Below, piece after piece: positions 57,705 to 64,000 of a stretch of DNA of 64,000 nucleotides; position 1 is the first letter of the stretch, and each line of letters opens with the position of its first letter. Position numbers and translations under genes: made by a program. The notes beneath the pieces are model-generated. The model ran no database searches. It was not told where the DNA came from and saw only the letters and a program-made list of their open reading frames with translations. This stretch comes from Nitrospinales bacterium (lineage in GTDB: Bacteria > Nitrospinota > Nitrospinia > Nitrospinales > VA-1), in contig OZ253496.1 of assembly GCA_965262115.1 (NCBI GenBank), forward strand, positions 1,184,001-1,248,000, in the 5' to 3' direction.

Positions 57705-60700
57705 ATGCAACGTTCTCCTGTCATTTATTTTTTATTTTTCATTTCCGGCATCACCGCGCTGACTTATGAAATCGTCTGGACCCGGATGCTGACTCTGGTG
57801 TTCGGGCATACCGTGTTTTCTGTATCGGTAGTGCTGGCAGCATTCATGGCAGGTTTAGGTCTGGGCAGTTACCTGTTCGGCTATGCCGTCGACCGGTTAC
57901 CGGAAACAAACGGTTCAGGAAAAGCCGCTCTCCTTCTCTATGGCTGGATAGAAATCCTGATTTTTGCCAGTGGGGCCCTGCTCTCTCTCTTATTCGCCAA
58001 TTTTTCGGGAATCTATGCCTCCCTGCACAGTTTCATCCCCGAATCGATTCCCTTGCAGAATTTGATAAAAATGTTGTTCGCCTTTGGGATGATGCTGATC
58101 CCCACCACCTTCATGGGAGCAACCCTGCCGATCATCAGTAAATACTGCGTTACCGATGACAGCCGGATGGGAACTCAAGTGAGCCTGCTCTATGCGCTCA
58201 ACACCCTGGGCGCCGCAGTCGGTTGTCTGATGACCGGATTCTTCCTGATGGGCACGTTCGGAGTTCTGCAAACCGTTCTTCTGGCAGCAGGGGCAAACCT
58301 GCTGATCGGGATCAGCGCACTGAGAATTTATCTGGAAACCGTTCCCGGCGCCGACTGGAAGTTTCGACTCCCGCCCTTACGGGTACCGCGCATCGACTTG
58401 AATGCGGACCAGAAATTCTGGATGGGCATCAGCTTTATCTGCGGATTCACGGCTTTGGCCTATGAAGTGTTATGGACCCGGCTACTGGTGTTCAGTATCG
58501 CCAGCACCGTCTATTCCTTCAGCATGATGCTCACGGTCTTTCTTCTGGGAATCTTTTTGGGAAGCCTGTTGTTGATCCCTCTGGCATCGCGGATCCATAA
58601 CATCCGCACCGCCTTGTTAATCCTGCAAGCCAGCGCCGGTCTTTACGCGATCGGCTCCCTGTACGGACTCGAGTCCATCCTTTCCGCTCCCTGGAACGGC
58701 TACAACTTGACCGATCCGGCCACAGCGTTTTTGCGCTACTTCAAAGATTCCGCCGGACTCATGCTGATACCCACCCTGCTGTTGGGCATGTGTTTTCCCC
58801 TGTTGATAAAAATAGTTTCCGGCGGACATCAAAACGTCGGCAAGGCCACCGGCCAGATCTATTCGGCAAATACACTGGGGGCGATTTTCGGATCGTTATG
58901 CGCGGGCTTCCTGTTGCTGCCAAATCTGGGAAGCCAGGTCAGCCTGACCCTGATCGCCACCCTGAACATGCTGACCACGGTTTTACTGTTCCGCACCGGA
59001 AACTATATGACCCCGGCAGTGCGCAAGGGGTTGACCGTCGTGTTCACGGCACTGATCCTCTTTGTCAACATGGCTATTCCCCACGATTTATTAAATCCGT
59101 TTTTCATGCGAGACAGCGCCGGCAAACGCAACATTAAAAAGCTGATGTATTTCGAGGAGGGCCTCTCTGATACTGTGGCCGTGTTCAGAGACGATTATGG
59201 CGTTCTCGACCCGACTGCAAAGCGGTTGATCACCAACGGCATTTCCATGTCTGCCTCCAACCTGATCGCAACACGCTACATGAAACTGTTCGCCCATGTT
59301 CCCATCCTGTTGGTGGATCAACCCGATGACGTGCTGGTGGTCTGCTTTGGAACCGGGCAAACCACAGGCGCGGCGGCCATTCACCCGCGCGTCAAATCCG
59401 TCGACAGCCTGGAACTGTCTACCAGTGTCATCAACGCGGGAAAAATGTTTGCCGACCAGAACCATCAGGCGCTTGACAACCCCAAAATAAATTTTGTCAT
59501 TCAGGATGGCAGGAATCACCTTCTGACCACCCACAAACATTACGACGTCATCACTTCCGAGCCACCGCCTCCCCGCACCGCGTTCACCGTAAACCTGTAT
59601 ACCCGGGAGTATTATGAGCTCCAGAAAAGTCGCCTGAAACCAGGAGGAATCGCCGCGCAATGGATTCCCCTCCACAGTCAGGGAGAAGAAGAAGTGGATA
59701 TGCACTTCAGAACCTTCCAATCCGTTTTCCCCTACACCATGGGCTGGCTTTCGGTGGCGAACGAAATTCTTATTATCGGGTCTGATCAACCGATCCGAAT
59801 TGATTTTGAAAAACTTAAAGTCCGCCTGGAAGAACCCGAAATTAAAAAAGCGCTGGCTGATATTGAAATCCCCAATATCTTTTCCTTTCTCAGCAATATC
59901 TGGCTGCTGGATGAACAAATTCAGGCTTTAGGCAAGGGTCACCCCCTTATCACCGACAACCATCCCGCTATTGAGTTTTATCTCGACCTGGGGAATGTGA
60001 TCGACGTGTCCGGAAGAGAGAAATATGTATTCAACCGGGCTTCTTTCGATCAAATTGCCAACCATGTGGAGAATCTTTCCGCGACAGACCGTATGACTCT
60101 GAGGACCTATTACCAGGCCATGGATCTTTATCAACGCGGTGTCATGTACAGCAACCGGGGACAACTGCTTAAAGCATTGAGCTTGATAGAAGACAACAAT
60201 CTCGTTCGCTACCATCTGCAGGCGGGCAAAGATCAGATGGCCCGGCTGATCAAACAGGTGGAGCAGAACCCTGAAGTGATCGAGAACCTGCTCAACCTGG
60301 GCCACAGCTATTATCAAGTCGGCGAATATGAGAAAAGTGCTGAAATCCTAAAAATGGTTTTGGCAAAACATCCGAAATTGAGTTTCGCCCACCTGTACAT
60401 GGGGTACAACCTTTTGGAACTGGGGAAAAAAGAAGAAGCCCTGAACTATTTCAAGAGCACGGCAAAAAATGACCCGCGCCAAATGGGAACCGTGATGCGG
60501 GAAATTGGACTGGTCAACCTGCTTCAGCAAGCGGAAAAAAAATCAGACGACAAGAGTCTCCAGCGATCGGTGGCCGAATTTTACAATATCAAAAATGAAT
60601 ATCTGAAATCTCTGGAATACTCCCTCAAATCTCTTGAGGAAGACCCTATGAATCTCAAAGTTTTGCAAAGCATCGTTTTCAGTTACCGAGGTCTGGGCGA

Positions 60701-60917
60701 AGCCAAAGAAGTGCTTATGTATGGCAACCGCTACAGCCTGATAGACCCCGATGAAATTCACCTGCAGTTCATCATGGGAGAAATTTATACCAAGCTCCTT
60801 AAATGCCAGAAAGCCATCCCACTACTGAAAAATGTTTTGAAAAAAGACGACACCTACCGCAACGCCCAAAACCTTTTGGACTCCTGTGAAAATTCCACAG
60901 AAACACCAGATATTTAG
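57705..60917 (+). CDS. Fused membrane domain / spermidine-synthase-like methyltransferase with TPR tail
   Basis: 'SG..AL.YEIVW.R', 'LYALNTLGA', 'VLVVCFGTGQT', 'DGRNHL...YDVITSEPP', 'QWIP', TPR helices. Confidence 0.9.
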   Translation: MQRSPVIYFLFFISGITALTYEIVWTRMLTLVFGHTVFSVSVVLAAFMAGLGLGSYLFGYAVDRLPETNGSGKAALLLYGWIEILIFASGALLSLLFANFSGIYASLHSFIPESIPLQNLIKMLFAFGMMLIPTTFMGATLPIISKYCVTDDSRMGTQVSLLYALNTLGAAVGCLMTGFFLMGTFGVLQTVLLAAGANLLIGISALRIYLETVPGADWKFRLPPLRVPRIDLNADQKFWMGISFICGFTALAYEVLWTRLLVFSIASTVYSFSMMLTVFLLGIFLGSLLLIPLASRIHNIRTALLILQASAGLYAIGSLYGLESILSAPWNGYNLTDPATAFLRYFKDSAGLMLIPTLLLGMCFPLLIKIVSGGHQNVGKATGQIYSANTLGAIFGSLCAGFLLLPNLGSQVSLTLIATLNMLTTVLLFRTGNYMTPAVRKGLTVVFTALILFVNMAIPHDLLNPFFMRDSAGKRNIKKLMYFEEGLSDTVAVFRDDYGVLDPTAKRLITNGISMSASNLIATRYMKLFAHVPILLVDQPDDVLVVCFGTGQTTGAAAIHPRVKSVDSLELSTSVINAGKMFADQNHQALDNPKINFVIQDGRNHLLTTHKHYDVITSEPPPPRTAFTVNLYTREYYELQKSRLKPGGIAAQWIPLHSQGEEEVDMHFRTFQSVFPYTMGWLSVANEILIIGSDQPIRIDFEKLKVRLEEPEIKKALADIEIPNIFSFLSNIWLLDEQIQALGKGHPLITDNHPAIEFYLDLGNVIDVSGREKYVFNRASFDQIANHVENLSATDRMTLRTYYQAMDLYQRGVMYSNRGQLLKALSLIEDNNLVRYHLQAGKDQMARLIKQVEQNPEVIENLLNLGHSYYQVGEYEKSAEILKMVLAKHPKLSFAHLYMGYNLLELGKKEEALNYFKSTAKNDPRQMGTVMREIGLVNLLQQAEKKSDDKSLQRSVAEFYNIKNEYLKSLEYSLKSLEEDPMNLKVLQSIVFSYRGLGEAKEVLMYGNRYSLIDPDEIHLQFIMGEIYTKLLKCQKAIPLLKNVLKKDDTYRNAQNLLDSCENSTETPDI

Positions 60918-61227
60918 GCCTCAATCCTTTGAAATCCTGGGGTAGTTCTCCTCACAGGCTGCATTCAAATTTAGGGAACCAAACGTTCGTCAATGCCCCT
61001 ACGCTTGACCAAAATAATTTGGAAATCCAAATATCGAGGTGTTTTCGTCCTAACTTAATTTAGTTCCATAGAATGAGTCACTTAAAACCATCCAAACCCC
61101 TATATCCCTGGCATCCCCCCTCAACTAAAATAGAAACCAAAAATTAAAGGGTTATGCAGATTAATGAGGAAGAAGTTAAACCGCATATAAAACGATTTAC
61201 CCCTTACCCTGGGTAAAATAAATACTT

Positions 61228-61449
61228 TTGGGCATAAATATAATATTTACATTAGACAAAACCATGCAGATCATTGAAGATGGCAGTGGAAAAGATTTTG
61301 AGCCTAAACTCGTCGAGGCTTTCAAAAAAGCACTCCCAAAAATGATCCACATCGTCAAAGAACTTCCAGACGACGAACCCGCGGACATTCTCAAAGTCTA
61401 TCGCATGACCGACAACAGCCGTCTTGCAGAACAATCCATGGTCAGGTAA
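61228..61449 (+). pseudogene. C-terminal remnant of an HD-GYP-type protein
   Basis: 'MQIIEDGSGKDFEPKLVEAF' matches the HD-GYP tail 'I...SG.HFDP.LV.AF'; no upstream domain. Confidence 0.55.
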
Positions 61450-62650
61450 GACCGGGAATAAATTTACGCAAAAATCTGGCCATCGAAACCGCCAACTGGA
61501 AAAACTGATTTTTAGCCCAGGCTTTGCGGTCGAATAATTCTTTGTGTGTCTCTTTCAACAGGTTTGGAATTTCCAGCTTTTCCGGGCAACGCGGCAAACA
61601 ATCCCCACATTCCGTACATTTAGAAGCAAAGTTTCCCGGAAACCAATGCCCTTCGCCCTCGAACATGTTGTAGCGGAACCTGCCGTAGTCCACCATTTCA
61701 TAGGCTTTCAGCAAGTTGCGGAAACGTAACACTTCGGGAATATTTATTTCTTCAGGGCAAGGTAAACATTCTGTGCACAATGTGCAAAGACCAGATATCT
61801 CGGAAAGCGGCGCATCCATCTTCGCCAGAGTCTCACTCATCGCCGAAGAACCCTCATCATTCAGGATGGAAAGGTTTTGCCTAAAATGCTCCGGTTCATG
61901 AATCCCCATACTCAAAGTCGTGATTTCTGGATGGCTCAAACAAAACCGTCCGTTAAACTCAATCGCGGTAAAAGGGTGACAGGTCTCCTCGACCTTTCGT
62001 GAGGGTTTCCACAGCAGGCCTCCCTTTTCATTGGGAGAAATGATGAACACGCCGATATCTTTCTCCCCCGCCAATCGCACTGCGGTAAGGTTGCGCTGGA
62101 AAAAATAATAATAATGCAGGTTCACAAAACTGAACAGATCGGTATTCAGGGCCTGAAGAATGATATCCAGAGGAGCATGCGTGGAAAAACCAATATGCCT
62201 GATGAGTCCCTCTTCGCGCAGTCGATGCAAGACCTCCACCGGCCCTCCCGGCTTAACCGCCGCTTTCAGCCTCTCTTCATTATTGATCCCATGCCACCCA
62301 TAAAAATCAAGGTAGTCCAACTTTAAACTGTGCAATTGCTCTTCAACCAGTGCGCGGGTTTCCTCCCCGGTCATCGGAGCCCCCTTGGTCATCATCTTAA
62401 AACTCTCGCGAGGCACGCCCAACTCTTTAAGCGCCACGCCATAAAGGTTTTCACTTTTCATATAGCCATGAGCCGTTTCAATATGGTTGATCCCAAGCTT
62501 AAGGGCCTGACGCGTGATTTCAATACAGTTTTTAACCGACTCCAAAGGAAGATGCGCGTGTGGAGGATTCCACCCATTTTTAAAACGCATTCCCCCAAGG
62601 GTGATCACCGAGATATTTTCTTCTGTTTTTCCGAACCGACGATATTCCAT
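61442..62650 (-). CDS. Aldo/keto reductase with C-terminal 4Fe-4S dicluster
   Basis: 'MEYRRFGKT', 'NHIETAHGY', 'HIGFSTH', CTLCTECLPCP and CTECGDCLPRCP. Confidence 0.93.
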   Translation of the reverse strand: MEYRRFGKTEENISVITLGGMRFKNGWNPPHAHLPLESVKNCIEITRQALKLGINHIETAHGYMKSENLYGVALKELGVPRESFKMMTKGAPMTGEETRALVEEQLHSLKLDYLDFYGWHGINNEERLKAAVKPGGPVEVLHRLREEGLIRHIGFSTHAPLDIILQALNTDLFSFVNLHYYYFFQRNLTAVRLAGEKDIGVFIISPNEKGGLLWKPSRKVEETCHPFTAIEFNGRFCLSHPEITTLSMGIHEPEHFRQNLSILNDEGSSAMSETLAKMDAPLSEISGLCTLCTECLPCPEEINIPEVLRFRNLLKAYEMVDYGRFRYNMFEGEGHWFPGNFASKCTECGDCLPRCPEKLEIPNLLKETHKELFDRKAWAKNQFFQLAVSMARFLRKFIPGLT

Positions 62651-62834
62651 AGTTAATAGGATGGTTTTTGGCTCAATTCGTTGCCAACCTCTTCCTTAAA
62701 AGGTTTTACGGGGCCAGACTCACCAGAAAATCATTGAGGCGGCAAAACAGACGGTCTATACTATTGAAGTATCTAGCTTACAACCCAAAGAGCAGAAGGG
62801 CCGAGGCTGAAACACAGCCTGGCAATAATATATT

Positions 62835-64000
62835 ATGACTGCTTTTCGTTTTATTCACTGTTCCGACCTCCATATTGACAGCCCTTTCAAGGGCCTGGCA
62901 TCTCAGGTGCCGTCTCTCACGGAACGACTGCGGGAATCCACCTTCCGATCTTTCCACAATATCGTGAAACTGGCCGTGGAAGAAAAGGTGGATGCTGTTC
63001 TGATCGCCGGGGATATTTTTGATGGCGCCGATCGAAGCTTGCAAGCACAATTAAAATTTCGTCGCGGCCTGCTGGAACTGTCCGAGAAAGGCATTCCTTC
63101 TTTTATTGTACATGGCAATCACGACCCTTCTAACAGTTGGTCCCACATGTTGGATTGGCCGGAGAGCACCACTATTTTCCCCGGGAATAAAGTGGAGCGC
63201 ATCCCGGTAATCCGGGAAGGTGAGACGCTGGCCTGGATTTACGGAATCAGCTATCCTCAGAGAGAAGTGAACGAAAACCTGGCGTTAAAGTTCAAGAAAG
63301 ATCAGGAGCAGGGTTTTGCAGTGGGGCTCCTGCACGCGAATGTCGGGCAACATCCCGGACATGATAATTACGCCCCCTGTAGTTTGCAGGATTTAATATC
63401 CAGCGATTTTGATTACTGGGCTCTGGGCCATATCCATGAATTCAAAATTCTGCGCGAGAATAAACCGTGTATCGTTTATTCCGGCAACACCCAGGCCCGG
63501 CATCTCAAGGAAACCGGCCCTAAAGGCTGTTGTCTCGTCACCCTGAATTCCAGCGCGTCCGCCAATATACGGTTCGTCGCCACCGATGTGGTGAGCTACC
63601 GTTCCGCCAAAGTGGATGTCAGCAACGCCTCCAGTATTAATGAGGTATTGCAAGCCATTCAGTCGCAGGTGGAAGATCTCGCCAAAGAATCGTTGACCCG
63701 CGAAGGCCTGGTAGTACGACTGGTTTTAACAGGACGAACTGCGGTCCACAATGAATTGCAAAATCCCGGGGCCACCAAAGCTCTGGCCGAAGAGATCCAT
63801 GCATTTTTTGAAGGACATTCGCCCTGGATTCTGGTGGACCTTTCCACTCAAACCGCAGGCACTTATGACATTGACTCTCTGAAGGACGGCAAGGATTTTA
63901 TCGCCGACCTTTTAAATCTTTGCGAAGACGACCAGGACAAACAACTGCAAAGCAAAATTCAGGAAGCCATGAAACCTGTATTCGAATCCTGGGCAGGAAG
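62835..64000 (+). CDS. SbcD/Mre11-like DNA repair exonuclease (YhaO-type metallophosphoesterase), 3' partial
   Basis: Read manually: MTAFRFIHCSDLHIDSPF..., 'IAGDIFD', 'HGNHD', 'LLH', 'YWALGHIH', 'YSGNTQ'. Confidence 0.93.
   Translation, partial: MTAFRFIHCSDLHIDSPFKGLASQVPSLTERLRESTFRSFHNIVKLAVEEKVDAVLIAGDIFDGADRSLQAQLKFRRGLLELSEKGIPSFIVHGNHDPSNSWSHMLDWPESTTIFPGNKVERIPVIREGETLAWIYGISYPQREVNENLALKFKKDQEQGFAVGLLHANVGQHPGHDNYAPCSLQDLISSDFDYWALGHIHEFKILRENKPCIVYSGNTQARHLKETGPKGCCLVTLNSSASANIRFVATDVVSYRSAKVDVSNASSINEVLQAIQSQVEDLAKESLTREGLVVRLVLTGRTAVHNELQNPGATKALAEEIHAFFEGHSPWILVDLSTQTAGTYDIDSLKDGKDFIADLLNLCEDDQDKQLQSKIQEAMKPVFESWAG

Overview
Bacterial chromosomal window with mostly housekeeping and envelope genes: valS, pepF, prfB (programmed +1 frameshift), dacB, moeA, a mobB-mobA fusion, phnCD, dipeptide/oligopeptide ABC permeases, an ABC-F ATPase, hpnA, two tandem cyclophilins, c-type cytochromes and an alginate-export-type porin. 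The gene style suggests a Nitrospina-like nitrite oxidiser, but that is inference only. Accessory DNA includes an intact IS110 (IS621-like) element at 28812-30012, an IS30 broken by a 128-bp MITE with a 9-bp target duplication, an IS256 remnant, a decayed sugar-modification cluster, a frameshifted PLD nuclease, and a translationally coupled three-gene operon led by a GHKL-like ATPase (candidate defence system with one nonsense codon). The clearest signal is in the IS110 left end, where a bridge-RNA-like fold can be read directly. Its donor guides match the element's own circle junction, and its target guides spell TTTACCC-CT-TCGGG, the core of a REP-like repeat module found many times in this window. 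No rRNA, tRNA or CRISPR array was seen. All calls are by eye; no searches were run.
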